The position numbers and the translations under genes were made by a program. The notes beneath the pieces were generated by a model, which worked only from the letters and a program-made list of their open reading frames with translations, made no database searches and was not told the origin of the DNA. Positions 1 through 17,584 of a stretch of DNA of 64,000 bases are shown here, one piece after another. Source of the stretch: Octopus vulgaris (Eukaryota). The stretch covers positions 20,522,001-20,586,000 of the forward strand of contig OX597830.1 in assembly GCA_951406725.2 (NCBI GenBank), written 5' to 3'. Every line of letters begins with the position of its first letter. Position 1 is the first letter of the stretch.

Positions 1-65
1 TATTATTATTATTATTATTATTATTATTGTTGTTGTTGTTGTTGTTGTTATCTTCATCATCATCA

Positions 66-122
<57 letters not shown>

Positions 123-148
123 TATCATCATCATCATCATCATCATCA

Positions 149-217
<69 letters not shown>

Positions 218-218
<1 letters not shown>

Positions 219-400
219 CGAGAAATACCTTAGGAATGAGAACATAGCTTCGAAATTTCCCCAAGTCACCCGATGAAGGCTGGAGGGTATATCATCCGAA
301 ACGTTGTGTTAACAGCAAACAAGATGAGGACGAATATCCATCGAATGTAAATAATGTAAATAATGTACATAATTCTTTATCTTTTAAATATAGAACTGAG
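218..400 (+). mobile_element. Short repeat body containing a minimal hammerhead motif (265-310) and an (ATGTAAATA)n tail; copy 1
   Basis: gtcac-CCGATGA-aggctg..catcc-GAAA-cgt-t-gtgtt. Homologous to 14988-15100 (-) and 16165-16372 (+). Confidence 0.7.
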
Positions 401-544
401 TGATTTTTACAATATTCCAAAAAGTTTATCATGGAATCGTCATGGCTGTGCTGTTTAAAGGAAAATAAACACATTCATAGTTTTACCTGGGGCAACTTTA
501 CATTAACGAGTGGAACGTACAATTTCTTGAGGGTTCAAACCGCC

Positions 545-845
545 TCATGGTCCCAGCCGATAAAATGGAAAGGGCATTGCTCTGGAGGATGGTGAGGGAG
601 ATGTGCTGGAACAGTCACTCTAACTCACGAATCTCGCGCTTGTGGGTAGCCAAAAGGCTGAAATGTCACAGACTCGACCACAAACCTGTTAGAGAGCAAC
701 CGATATATTGACAGTTTGCTTTTCACAGCGGAACCCGGACTTGTAGCTAAACACACAAAGTTGCCGCTAGAGAATATTTCACAGCATGTGGCATCCCAGA
801 TTAGGGGTCTACCGCCACGGAACGGAAAAATTGTCATCGAGGTGT
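545..845 (-). mobile_element. Decayed CRE-clade-like non-LTR retrotransposon C-terminus (restriction-like endonuclease region)
   Basis: Minus strand reads MTIFPFRGGRPLIWDATC...SPGSA and, further on, LFQHISLTILQSNALSILSAG. This matches the PDG.T..P...G..L.WD.T and QR.S.AIQRGNA pattern. Confidence 0.65.
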
Positions 846-870
846 ATTGGGATCATAAATAAAAAATTAA

Positions 871-1049
871 TGGCTGAGTGGTAAGTAGCTTGTTTACCAA
901 CCACATGGTTCCAGGTTCAGTCCCACTGCGTGGCACCTTGGGCAAGTGTCTTCTACTATAGCCTCGGGCAAACCAAAGCCTCGTGATTGGATTTGGTAGA
1001 CGGAAACTGAAAGAAGCCCGTCGTATATATATATATATATACATGTGTG

Positions 1050-1087
<38 letters not shown>

Positions 1088-1294
1088 TGTGTCTCTGTTT
1101 GTCCCCCCAACATCGCTTGACAACCGATGCTGGTGTGTTTACGTCCCCGTCACCTAGCGGTTCGGCAAGAGAGACCGATGGAATAAGTACTAGGCTTACA
1201 AAGAATAAGTCCTGGTGGTCGATTTGCTCAACTAAAGGCGGTGCTCCAGCATGGTCGTAGGCAAATAACTGAAACAAAAAAAGGAATAAAAGAA
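871..1294 (+). mobile_element. SINE family A (tRNA-like head, CORE-like ccttgggcaagt, internal (TA)n(TG)n, stem-loop tail)
   Basis: A-box tggctgagtggt and B-box-like ggttcagtccc; multiple homologous copies in the window. Confidence 0.85.
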
Positions 1295-1641
1295 TATTGA
1301 AATTCTGAACTGACTAAGTTTGGTGGACAGGGATAAAATTTAGTTCTCACGGAACAGTGTTCATTAGTTCACGGATTAATTTGTACTTGTCAGCGAATTT
1401 GTACAGTAGAGTGTACGTGAGCTTGTGTGTGTGTGTGCATGCTTTTCACCATGTGTGTATGTGTGGATATTTGTTAATGCTGTTTTGTGTGTGAATGTGT
1501 GTAAATGACCGTGTGAGTGGGTGCATGTGTTAGCGGATGTGCCTACGAGTGTATTTATGTGTACGTGTGTTTAAGTGTAGGTCAATGGATGCGAGTGATT
1601 CTGTGTGAGCGACTCTGGTGACTCTGTGCGCATGTGTGTAG

Positions 1642-1730
<89 letters not shown>

Positions 1731-2147
1731 CGTGTGTGTGTGTGTGTGTGTGTATTCGAGCATGTGTTAAAGTGCGAATTGACATTATCTGTATGTGCGT
1801 TTCTGCGTATACGCATGTGCGTAAGTGCTCGACTGCATGTGTATACGTCCGACTGTGTGTGTTAACGGGCGTCAGTGCATGTGTTAGTATATGTGTGTGT
1901 GTGTTGTGTATATGATGTATGTGTGTGTGTGAGAGAGAGAGAGATAAAGAAAGAGAGAAAGAGAGAAAGAAAGAAAGTGAGGTGAATGAGACCAAGCGCT
2001 TGTTTGTGTGGATGCTTTTAAAGTGCGAATAAGCTTTTGTTTGTATGTGTGAATGTGTTCGTAAATACTTCGGTGTATGTGTCTGTGTACGTGTTAGCGC
2101 GCACGATTGCATGTATTGTACGTCTCTATCATGTTTTTTTATGTATA

Positions 2148-2206
<59 letters not shown>

Positions 2207-2359
2207 TTTCAACGTGGGTCAGCCATTTTGTTTCAAATCCGACGAATGTGCGGCCATTTCTTCCGTGTTTTTGATGTATCAAGTTTTATCCCGTCTTTCA
2301 ATTTTTCCCCCTCTCTCCATTCCTCTCCCACCCTTTCTTTCTCCCTCCCTTCTCCACTC

Positions 2360-2403
<44 letters not shown>

Positions 2404-2701
2404 ACTCTACCGACATCTCTTTCTTTCCACACACCATTCACTATTCTTTTTCTTTTTGTCTTCTCACGGAGCTTTCTCGCTATCTCTGTCTCTCTTTCAC
2501 TTTCTCTCTCCCCTTTCTCTCCCCTTCTCTATCTCTCTCCCTCTCTTTCACTCTATCTCTGTGTCATTCACCCACAGCGTCTTTTACTATCCTTCCATAT
2601 TTCATTGTTACTACTTTCTCTCTTTCACCTCTCTCTCTTTTCTCTACTCCACTTCGTTCTTTAGTTCTCCCCCATTTCTCTCTCTCTCTCTCTCTCTCTC
2701 G

Positions 2702-2754
<53 letters not shown>

Positions 2755-3362
2755 TATATATGTCTCTCTGTCTATCTGTCTCTCTTTGTTTCTCCCTCTC
2801 TCTCTGTCTATCTCTATCTCTATCTCTGTCTCCGTGTCTATCTTATTGTTATCGCTGTCACCCCCCCAACCTCGCACCTTCTACTCTCTCTCTCCTTTTC
2901 TCTCTCTTCTTTTCTTCCTTCTCTCCTCCTTTCTTTTCTTCTTCGCTCAGGTTAATAGAAGAAACAAACCATTCTTTGATTAAGAAATTATGCAAAAATA
3001 TGAGTCACGATGTCTTTTAATTCCCATCCATTTTCCTTGATGCCAATTCGACATATCGATGGCACCAATGCAAAAGACACGCACAAATACACGTGTACAC
3101 AAGCACATATACACACACACACACACATATCAAGACACACACACACACACACACACATAAACAAACACACGCATACACATAATTTATCTCTCTCTCCTTT
3201 ACACACACATTGAGATGTCACGCACACACCTATACACACACACACATATATACATATATACACAAGCATCATTTACACAGCATTTGCTCATCACAAAAAC
3301 ACATATACACACACATACAAGCACCATTTGCACAACACACGGACACACTGACACCACACACA

Positions 3363-3394
<32 letters not shown>

Positions 3395-3832
3395 TACACA
3401 TACACATACAAACGAACGAAAACCAGATGTACAAGTGACAAATACACATTCACAACGAATAACATATGTACACAGACATACACATAAACATATATATACG
3501 TATATAGATATACATATAGACACACACACACACATACACACGCACGCACACACACACACATACACACACACACACGCACACACACACACACACACACACA
3601 TGAATTCACTCCCGCCTTACACCAACACCACACCAAGTCATAGATGCACCAACACGACACCATTGCGACCCCACGTGAACATACGCAATACAAACACACG
3701 GCACATACATCGCCGCCATTGCATCGCACAACAAACGACACGCACATCGCCGCCATTACACCGCGGTGCACACACCGACACAACATCCGTCGCATACATG
3801 CTACAGAGCACGTGTCACCATCCAAACACACA

Positions 3833-3871
<39 letters not shown>

Positions 3872-5168
3872 CAGGAGACACTACATCGCACTACAAAACA
3901 CCACATAAGACCGTAGGCACACGTACAACACACTGCATAGGTATACATACACATACTACAACAAGACACACGTATATACCACAAAACAACACACACACAC
4001 ACACCACCCGTACAACATACTATACAAAGAGAGACAGACACATCACATGCACACGGGTGCAAACACACATAAACACACCTCCTGGTACATCGTCCACGCA
4101 AACACATACATACCACAAAACACCACACTGCATGCACACACACACACCACGCAAACATACACACACTCCAAGACACAACGAACACACACATAAAGAAACC
4201 CCGTACACACGCGCACACTCAAACACACACAGGAACCACACACGCACATACACACATAAACCACATACACACGCACACAAGAATCAACCACAACGCATAG
4301 AAACCACACACACACACAAACAAAGAAACCACATATACACACACACACAACCAAAGAAACCAGATATACACACACACAACCACGCATACACACACACAGA
4401 AACCACATGCACACACACACACACAGAAACCAAGCAGACACACACATATAAACAAAGAAACCACATGGACACACACATGACCACGCACACACACACACAC
4501 ACACACAGAAACCACATACACACACACGCACACATACACATACCAATCACACCGCCGTACCAACACCAGCGCTTCACCAAACACACGACCATCACGACCA
4601 CCTCCGCCGCAACCAACACCGCCACCACCACCGCCACCATCACCACCACCACCATCACCGCCAAGCCAACCTCCCCCCCACCCCGCCGCCATTGAAATAA
4701 AAGAAAATAAAGCCTCTTTATTCTTAAAGTTAGTTGAAGTCTTCGTTCGGCCTATTTGTCATATATAAAAATATAACAGAAAACGACGACCGGTAAATAC
4801 TTGGCAGACATCTTGTTTTCTCTATCTTCTTATTTATTCTCTTCTATCTTTATTTTTGCATGCATGTTTATTTGCCTGTCTGTTTGTTTGTTGGAATTGT
4901 TTTTTCTTGTGTTCTTTGCACGCCTTTTAAAGTCCTTTTTTTTTCAGTCCCCTTTTATTTATTAGTTTTTTTTTTGTCGATATTTTTCGCTGCTTTTTTT
5001 TTAAAGATTCTTTTTTTTTATATATATTTTTGATAAAAAATAGGAAAAAATAAATGATAAAAAAATCTGTTATACAGAAACAGCTTTATTTTGTTTGTTT
5101 ATTTTCTTTCTTGTTCTACATTGTTCTTGTTGGTTTTGTTTTTGTTTTGTTTCTTAACTTTTATTCAT

Positions 5169-5239
<71 letters not shown>

Positions 5240-5261
5240 TATCGTCATCTTCATCAACATC

Positions 5262-5293
<32 letters not shown>

Positions 5294-5359
5294 TATTGTT
5301 GTTGTTGTTGTTGTTGTTTTTTATTATTATTATTATTATTGTTATTATTGTTGTTATTA

Positions 5360-5412
<53 letters not shown>

Positions 5413-5628
5413 TTATTAGCAGTCTTTATAGTTGTCCTCATCATCATTATCTTTATTATCATCATCATCATCGTTATCATCATCCTGATCGATATCATCA
5501 TCATCATCACTATCATTATTAATTATTACTATACTACTACTACTATTTCTTCTTCTACTTCTTCTTCTCTTTCTACTAATTATCATCACGATCAACATCA
5601 TCATCATCATCATCATCATCAGTACTAC

Positions 5629-5669
<41 letters not shown>

Positions 5670-6914
5670 TTTTATTGTTATTCAAATCGGGTAGTTCCGT
5701 GGGAGGTGGAGGGGTGGAGGGGTGGAGCGTTGAATATTTATTTATCAAGCGGCTCGGCCAGGAATGAAATGGAATGGAATGGCATGGAATTTAATGTAGA
5801 GAAATATTGTTGCTCTTTGTGAAAGTTCCATTCCAGAAGGACAATTATGCTCCAGCTTGGCACGAACAAAAGGAAAATAGCCAGGAAATGAAGGTATTAT
5901 ATCAGCTTGCTTGTAACAAGCGATACATAAAACAAAGGGGATGCGGTGCAGCGGCGGCGGCGGCGGCAACAGGGGCGGCGGTGGTGAAGGTGGTGGTGGT
6001 GGTGGTGGTGGTGGTGGTGGTGGTGGTGGTGGTGGTGGTGGTGGTGGTGGTGGTGGGAAGGAGAGTCTAGTTACAGTTTCAAGATTGTCATCACTCCCCC
6101 TCACTCTGCCCTTCCGTTAATCTGTTAAGCTCCCTCTCTTTCTCACACACAAACACACAGACATACACGCACATGCATATATATATATATATATATATAT
6201 GCATATATGTATATATATATATATATATATGTATAAATATATATATATATATATGCATATATTTATATATATATATATGCATATATATAGATATATGCAT
6301 ATATATATACATACATATATATATATATATATGTATAATATATATATATTCACACACACACACTCATATATATACATATACATATATTATATATATATAT
6401 ATATACATATCTATATATGTGTGTATGTGTGTGTGTGCGCGCGCGCATGTGTGTGTGTGTGTGGATGTATGTTCAAAATTTCTCCTGTGAGTCGGTCTGT
6501 GCCTGGTTGTTTTACTGGATGAAAGGACGAGCACCGTGTTGGGTGTTTGCAGATCCGATTGGTCCGGGGACAACATACGGAGTGGGGGGTCTAATGGGGT
6601 GGCTGGGTAGACAGGACATTGGACGTGACTAAACGAATTGAAAACTGAAAAGCAGAAGGAAAAGGAGGGACAACTGGGGTGGATGTCGGGTGGGAGGGTT
6701 AGGGAGAGGAAAGTGGTGAAGTGAAAGTAACAACGACAACGACGACAACAACAATAACAACAATAGAACACAATGAATGTGAATAACAATACGGGGGAGA
6801 GGACGAGGAGGAGGGGGAAGAGATGTGGGCGAGGTGGATGGAAGGGGTACAGAGGTAACAGGAACATTATTAGCAGTAAAGGAACAGCATGGACATTAAT
6901 GAACATAACTAGAT

Positions 6915-8780
6915 GACAAGAAGAAGAAGAAGAAGAAGAAGAAGAAGAAGAAGAAGAAGAAGAAGAAGAAGAAGAAGAAGAAGAAGAAGAAGAAGAAGAA
7001 GATGAAGAAGATGAAGAAGAAGAAGAAGAAGAAGAAGAAGATGAAGAAGAAGAAGAAGAAGAAGAAGAAGAAAGAAAGAAAGAAGAAAGAAGACGAGGAT
7101 GATGAAGAAAGTGAAGATGAGGAAGACGAAGAAAAAAGAAGAAAAGAAAAAAGAAGTAGAAGAAAAGGAACGTGGTGGGGTTGATGGTGGTGTTTGTTGT
7201 GGTGGAGGTGGTGGAGGTGGCGTGGGTGGCGTGGGTGGCGTGGGATGGGGTGGGGTGGTGAAGATGATGAGGAAGATGATGATGAAGAAGAAGAAGAAGA
7301 AGAAGAAGAAGGAGAAGAAGTTGAAGGAGAAGATGATGATGATAAAGGTGAAGATGAAGAAGGTGAAGGAAGGCGGAGGGAAGGAGAAGGGAAGATGAGG
7401 AGAGGAGGAGGAGGAGGAGGAGGAGGAGGAAGAAGATGATGATGATGATGATGATGATGATGAAGAAGATGATGATGATGAAGGTTAAGGTGAAGAAGAA
7501 AAACAGAAAAGACGAAGAAATGAAAACAAGAGAAGGCAGGAATTTTGAGATGTTCCACTTCCCAACATGTGTATCTATCTATCATTACACCTCTGCGTGC
7601 CGAGGTGTACGTGTAGGTGTCCGAGTGTGTGTGTGTGAGAGGGCGAGAGAGAGAGAGGGAGAGAAAGTTGGCGCGTGCCTAGTTTCGTAGACACTTGTCG
7701 TCGTTTGAGGATGCGGGCATGGAGCAACGACAAAAGGATGGGAAAGTTTAAACAGGATTAGTGGAAAGGTGTGTGGAGGATTATGGGCGACTGTAGAAGA
7801 AGAAGAAGAAGAGGGGGAGGGGAGGGGAGGGGGAGGAGGAGGAGGGAAGAAGAAGAAGAAGAAGAAGAAGAAGAAGAAGAGGTGGGAGAAGAAGAAGAAG
7901 AAGAAGAAGGAGAAGGAGGAGAAGAAGAAAAAGAAGAAGAAGAGGAGGTGGGAGAAGAAGAAGAAGAAGAAACGGAGGAGGAAGAGGGGAGGAGTGGGAT
8001 AAGAAGATCAGGATGATGATGAGAAGAAGAAGATAAATATAAGAAGAAGAAGAAAGAGAAGAAGAAGAAGAGGTGGGAGAAGAAGAAGAAGAAGAAGAAG
8101 AAGAAGGAGAAGGAGGAGAAGAAGAAAAAGAAGAAGAAGAGGAGGTGGGAGAAGAAGAAGAAGAAGAAACGGAGGAGGAAGAGGGGAGGAGTGGGATAAG
8201 AAGATCAGGATGATGATGAGAAGAAGAAGAAGATAAATATAAGAAGAAGAAGAAAGAGAAGAAGAAGAAGAAGAAGAACAACAACAACAACAACAATAAC
8301 AACAACAACAACAACGACAACAAGGAAAGAAAGAAGATTAGGATGATGATGACGATGGTGAGGAGATGAAGGAGGAGAAGAAGAAGAAGAAGAAGAGGAA
8401 GTGGGAGAAGAAGAAGAAGAAGAAAGAGAAGAAGAGGAGGAGGTGGGAGAAGAAGAAGAAGAAAGAGAAGAAGAGGAGGAGGTGGGAGAAGAAGAAGAAG
8501 AAGAAGAAGAAGAAGAAGAAGAAGAAAAGGGGAGGACGAGGGGAGGAGTGGGATAAGAAGATTATGATGATGAGGAGGAGGAGGAGGAGGAGAAGAAGAA
8601 GAAGAAGAAGAAGAAGAAGAAGAAGAAGAAAAGGAAGAAGGAGAAAAAGAAGAAGAAGAAGAAGAAGAAGAAGAAGAAAAGGAAGAAGAAGAAAAAGAAG
8701 AAGGAGAAGAAGAAGGAGGACGACGACGACGACGACGATGAAGAGGTGGAGGCGGCGGCAGACGGTGGTGAGTGAGCCAA
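6915..8780. repeat. (GAA/GGA)-rich low-complexity tract with an approximately 190-bp higher-order duplication (about 7879-8270)
   Basis: gaaacggaggaggaagaggggaggagtgggataagaagatcagg occurs twice. Confidence 0.85.
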
Positions 8781-8830
8781 TGAGGTGAATGATGATGATG
8801 GAGGAAGAGAAAGCTAAGTGATAGATAGAA

Positions 8831-8879
<49 letters not shown>

Positions 8880-8958
8880 TAGATAGATGTGTGTGAGAGA
8901 CTGACAGACAGACAAACACAGAAGAATAATGAAAATAATGTCAGAGACAACTAAAGAC

Positions 8959-8989
<31 letters not shown>

Positions 8990-9196
8990 GACGACGTGTG
9001 GTGATGAGTTAAAAACAACGGCGTTAATAACAATATAGGAACACACAGACAGACAGACACGTGTCTCTGTGGTTGTATAATATCGATATTTGTGTGTGTA
9101 TATGTGTGTGAGTGTGTGTGTGTCTGTGTATTTGTGGTTGTGTATTTGTGAGTGATTATGCGTTTGTGTGCGCGTGTGTGTGTGTATATGCATATA

Positions 9197-9266
<70 letters not shown>

Positions 9267-9550
9267 GTATATATACATATGTATGCGTTCCGTCCATGAA
9301 TATGCAAACCAAAGGCAAAAAAGAAAAGAATTATTCTTGAAGAATTTCAAAAGAACAGTTTCGTCATTGCCTTTGTCCTATCGACCGTCATCGTCACCAT
9401 CATCCCTTCATCATGATTATCACCATCATCATCATCATCATCATCATCATCACCACCATCATCATAATCATCATCATCACCACCACCACCACCACGATTA
9501 TTATCATCATCCTCATCATCACCACCACCATCATCATTATCTTCATTATT

Positions 9551-9582
<32 letters not shown>

Positions 9583-9634
9583 CATCATTATCATCATCAT
9601 CATCATCTTCATCATCGTCATAATCATCGTCATG

Positions 9635-9665
<31 letters not shown>

Positions 9666-9974
9666 CCACCACCACTATCATCATTATCATCATTATCCTC
9701 ATCTTCATCATCATGATCATGATCATGATAATCATCATCATCATGATCATCATCATGGTCATCGTCATCACCATCATCACCACCACCACCACCACCACCA
9801 TCATCATCATCATGATCATCATCGTCATCACCATGGTCGTTGTTGCTGTCGTCTTTGTATATATATATATATATATCATTATCGTCATCATAATCGTCGT
9901 CGTCAACGCACTCATCCTTGTCGTCGTTCTCGCCGTCGTTATCATTATCATTATCATCATAATCATCATCATCG

Positions 9975-10018
<44 letters not shown>

Positions 10019-10127
10019 TTCATCATCATCACCTTCATCATCATCATCATCATCATCATCATCGTCGTCGTCGTCGTCGTTGTCATCATCATCATCGTCA
10101 TCATCATCATCATCATCTTTATCATCA

Positions 10128-10158
<31 letters not shown>

Positions 10159-10281
10159 CATCATCATTGTTATCATCATCATCGTAGTCGTCGTCGTCGT
10201 CATATCATCGCTGCTGTCATCATCATCATCGTGGCCATCAATATCGACATTAGCGTCATCGCCGTCATCACGATGGTCATC

Positions 10282-10379
<98 letters not shown>

Positions 10380-10398
10380 CATAATAATAATAACAATA

Positions 10399-10451
<53 letters not shown>

Positions 10452-11028
10452 CGTCATCATCATCATCGTCGTCGGCGTGGTCATCATCGTCGTCTTCATC
10501 ATCCTCATCATTATGCTCTTCATTTTCCTCCTCCTCCTCCACCTCCTCATCTTTCTCTTCATCATCGTCAACATCATCACCATGACATCCATGATCATTT
10601 TCGGTATTATTACCAAATGTCATCGTCATCATGTTTAACATGCCCATCATCTTCATCACCGGTAAAATCACCAGCATCTTTCACCAATATCGATAATACT
10701 ACAGCCACCAACAACAACAACACCACCAACGTCACAATCATCATCATCGTCATCATCTTCAACACCACATCCATCATCACCACAACCGTCACCACTACCA
10801 TCATCATCATCATCATCATCATCATTACCATCATTATGGTCATCATCATCATCATCGTCGTCATCATCCGCATCAGCATCATCAGCATCATCATCATCGT
10901 CATCATAATCATCATCATCATCTTTACCATCATTATAGTCATCATCATCATCGTCGTCGTCATCATCATCATCATCATCATGATCTTTATCATCATCATC
11001 ATTACCATCATTATTGTCATCATCGTCG

Positions 11029-11062
<34 letters not shown>

Positions 11063-11600
11063 TACCATCATTATCGTCACTGTTGTCACCATCATGGCCA
11101 CGGCTATCATCATCATCGTCATCATCATCATCATCATCGTCATTATCATCATCATCGTCGTGAGCTTCGATATCATTCGATATCATTACCACCACCATCA
11201 CCAAAATCACCAGCATCTTTCATCAACATCAATGATACCACAACCACCACCAACAACGTCACAATCATCAACGTCACAATCATCATCATCGTCATCATTT
11301 TCACCACCACCACCACCACCATCGTGGTCGTCGTCGTCGTCGGCGGCGGCGGCGGCTGCGGAGTCACCATCATCGCCATGATCATCATGAACCTAATCGA
11401 TACAACAGCCAGCATCTCTAACACATTTCTCAGTTTATTTGCAAACAGAACATAAATACACTCTGTTTGTTAAAAAAGACAGAAACTGGAATACAAAAAA
11501 CAAGAAAAGAAAAAGACAATACAAAAAAACAAGACCACCACCCCCCAAAAAAAAAAGAAAAAAATCTACAAGATACGTTTCATCGAACTATCAATAAACG

Positions 11601-12840
<1,240 letters not shown>

Positions 12841-13085
12841 CGAGGAGGTGCGTCGTGGGGGGTGTCGGCGTTGTGGACCATGCTAATGAAGGGATCCGTT
12901 CGTATTGACAAATCTTGTGAAAAATGTTAATAAGTACAGCGTTCTCTTTCGCTAGTCCTCCCCACCCACCCCCGCACTCTTCTTCTCTCTTCTGAAATGT
13001 GTGTGTGTGTGTTTGTGAATGTGTGAGAGAGAAAGAGTTTGTTTGTGTGTGTATGTCTGTGAATGAGTGCATGTGTGAGTACATA

Positions 13086-13132
<47 letters not shown>

Positions 13133-13137
13133 GTATG

Positions 13138-13171
<34 letters not shown>

Positions 13172-13226
13172 TGTATATAAACGTGCATATTTATGTATCT
13201 GCATTTATAAATGCATTTATACAAGA

Positions 13227-13260
<34 letters not shown>

Positions 13261-13355
13261 GTATATGTATATGTATGTATATGTGTATATATATATGTAT
13301 AGATAGATATATACATAGATACATAGACGGACAGACAGACAGATAGAGAGGTAGG

Positions 13356-13449
<94 letters not shown>

Positions 13450-13900
13450 CTGATTGTGTATGTGTGAGTGTTGTGAGTGTTGTATGAATTATCTTTTCTT
13501 TAAAATACCATTGCTATTTCTCCCACACATTCTATATCTTCTCTCTCTCTCTTTCTCCCTCTCCTTCTCTCTCATAACCTATCACTATCTCAATATCTTC
13601 CTCTTACTACGACCCTTCCTTTTCCTGGTAATCCCGTTTTAAATCCTTGCTGTTTGCTCAACACCCGCATCGTCCAACATCCATTGAAGTGTGCACGCTT
13701 TAACACACAAACACACAAATACAAAAGAAATACACCCTCAGACACACACACACACACATGCACAGATAGAAAAAAACACACTCAGATAGACACACACACG
13801 AGCGCGCGCACACACACATGTAATAATTAGCAAGTGTATTTGCTCGGTGTCACACGTAGATAAGTTTCTGTTAAAGATGTTGCCAAACGACAAATAGAGA

Positions 13901-13978
<78 letters not shown>

Positions 13979-14001
13979 CGATAGTGACAGTGTCTAAGGC
14001 A

Positions 14002-14152
14002 TGGCTGTGTGGTAAGAAGCTTCCTTCCATACTACATGGTTCCGAGTTCAGTCCCACTGCGTGGCACCTTGGGCAAGTGTCTTCAACTATAGCCTCGCGA
14101 TGAGCAAAGCCTTGTGAATGATTTGATAGACGGAAACTGAAAGAAGCCCGTC
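14002..14152 (+). mobile_element. SINE family A, 5' half only
   Basis: Homologous to 871-1022. Confidence 0.8.
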
Positions 14153-14416
14153 ATTTTATATACACGCGCTGATATATGACCTACGTTGGATCCCTTGTTC
14201 GCATAATCACCGAACCTGGAAATTAACTATAGTCTATCCACACGTTAAGACAGACGAAATACCTATTTCTTTACTACCCACAAGGGTTAAAATGTAGCAA
14301 CGTTGTCCTTTATAGAACAGTCATGTTATAGTGGGGGAAAAACCGTTACCGTCTAGTATTGTTGCTGCTTATATCTCGTTTAGAGATTATAGAATGAGCT
14401 ACTTTGCTGGTTTTAC

Positions 14417-14447
<31 letters not shown>

Positions 14448-14742
14448 AACACGTACACATATATATATATATGCATATATACATACGTATATGTACGTAC
14501 GTACATCTATACGTATGTATATATATATTTATAAATGAGGGTGAAAAATTTGATATTAATTTAATAATACCATCAATTTAACACCAAGTGGCTTGGCACA
14601 TAAAAACCAGAGATACAATACAAATTTATATATAAATATGAGAGAGTAACCATTATGTGGTCGACTCTAGTGCTAAAAATAGATCCGCTATGGTATAGCC
14701 ACTAAAAATTGTTTCCAAGGAGAAATACCACAACATTATACG

Positions 14743-14824
<82 letters not shown>

Positions 14825-14987
14825 CATATGTGGGCACAAGACATCACGAAATGTGTACAACATAAAAATACGAAGAACAAGAACATGGAACATGGACTAT
14901 TCTTTCGAACAATGAAAGACACAAATGGAAAATAAAACAAACAACAAAAAGGAACGACCCTTCATCAGTTGCTGGCTGTTTTTCGAG

Positions 14988-15361
<374 letters not shown>

Positions 15362-15368
15362 TATAATG

Positions 15369-15524
<156 letters not shown>

Positions 15525-16055
15525 GGTGTTATCATGTACATTGTTTTGTCTTGGTATAAAAGATGGGCTACAGCAAATATTCTGCTCAATACCACGGATT
15601 TGCTTGTCAGTTGTTTGACCTTAACCAGTTGAGCATGCCCCTTAGTGGCTGACGATATATGCATCTCTGACCACGAGCAGCAGTAGTGGGGGAGCATCAT
15701 AACCACGTGTTGAGAGGGATTCTTTGGGGTTTGAATAATTTACCTCTGGAAACATGGGTATTTCGTTCAACATCTTTAAACATCCCTTATTCAGGGACCT
15801 TTTGAGCGGGATGGGTTACTCGACCAGAAGAAAATTCTATCTTGGCCCCACCTGCAAGGTCATGTGCTGTTTATCTTGATATGAGATCACCATATCGCGC
15901 ACATATGGTTGTGATGTATATGCCTAGTGTACCCTTATCAGACCGGTAGTCCTGATGGGTATACTGGGCTTCGTATATTTTACCCCAGTGTCACTTTGAT
16001 GGCATGCACTGCTCTCTCACTCAATAATAATAATAATGATAATAATAATAATAAT

Positions 16056-16130
<75 letters not shown>

Positions 16131-16164
16131 CAATAATAATAATAATAATAACAACAACAACAAC

Positions 16165-16372
16165 ATAGGAATGAGAACCCAGGTTCGAAATTTCCCCCAT
16201 GACACCTGATGAAGACTGCGGTGTATATCAGCCGAAACGTTTTGTTAATAACAAACAATATGAGGACAAATTGTTTAATGGCGGTGCCCCAGCACGGCCA
16301 CAGCTCGTGAGCTGAAACTAGATAAAATAAAATAGAATAAATTAATAACTGTCAAATGTAAATAATGTAAAT
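16165..16372 (+). mobile_element. Hammerhead-containing body, copy 3, interrupted by a CR1-like 3' tail (about 16271-16345)
   Basis: gacac-CTGATGA-agactg..cagcc-GAAA-cgt-t-ttgtt at 16201-16246. Colinear with copy 1 on both sides of the insertion. Confidence 0.7.
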
Positions 16373-17551
16373 GCACAAGCTGTTTCGCTCTTAGCACGAC
16401 CACGTCTCGGGTCGGCAAAGGTGGAATCAGAAATATGTACTTATATAGGTGCATTGTGAATATGGACATGGGCAGGGATGTTATGTGTAACCATTAGTTT
16501 AAGGAACAGGAACTTTCATTGGTTATTTGCTGAAAGAGAGGTGCTGCTATTACAGCTAATTAAATTTGCTTATTATGTAAGCGTAATTAGATTTGCTATG
16601 GCAAACTTAAATTTATTAAATTTTTTTTTAAAAATATAACAAATCATATTAGCTAGTTTAAAACAATTTGTAATAATTTTTGTATGGTGGAATTTGGTAA
16701 AAGTGGTGAGATTTTTATAATTAAGGGTTTTGTTTTGCTATTTTTATTTTTAATTATAATTGTTAATTCATGTTGTGTTTTGGGGCGTGTTTTGTTTGTT
16801 TTCTTGTTTGTTTGTTTTCCTTTGTTTTAATCTGAAGATTTCTTTTTATAATATTTCATAATGTGTTCATATATTTATAGTCTGGTTGGAATATAATTGG
16901 ATATAAATTACCTGATATTAATTTTATTTATTAATTAAATTAATTCAATTTCTATTTTTCGTTGTTTTATACGATTAATCACGAGATGAGGAGAAGGAAG
17001 AGGAGAAAAGTAGATACACGCGGTGGTGGATTTATATTTGGTTTATATAAAACAAAGCAGGGTTGTATATCTTTGTTTTTCTAAGGGAACTTGGTCTTAA
17101 TGGCCACCTCACGAAACATTTGGTTATAAAAGGGCAGGTGGGACTAATCCTATATCGAACAATTTGTTAATGTTTGTTATGTGAAAAAGGTGTGGTCAAG
17201 AAGATGGCTTTGTAACGACGTGGTGTCTGGTTCAGTCCCACGGCACAGCACCTTCAGCAAGTGTCTACGACCATATCTTTTGGTTGACCAAATACCGGTG
17301 AGTGAATTTGGTACAGAGAAACTGTGTAGAAACCCGTTTCATATACAATATGTATATGTATATATACATGCATATATATATACATATATATATATATATA
17401 CATACATATATGTTACATATACATTAATTTATATATTAGACACACACACACACACATATATATACATATTACATACACACACATATATATATATTTATAT
17501 ATATATAAAATAAATATATATATGCATATACATACATACGTATATTATCTA

Positions 17552-17584
<33 letters not shown>

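Noticed and set aside
5745-6630. Complex islands at 5745-5960 and 6480-6630 (also 12840-12930 and 53080-53200) as exons
   Set aside because: No consistent frame with splice sites and no recognisable protein.
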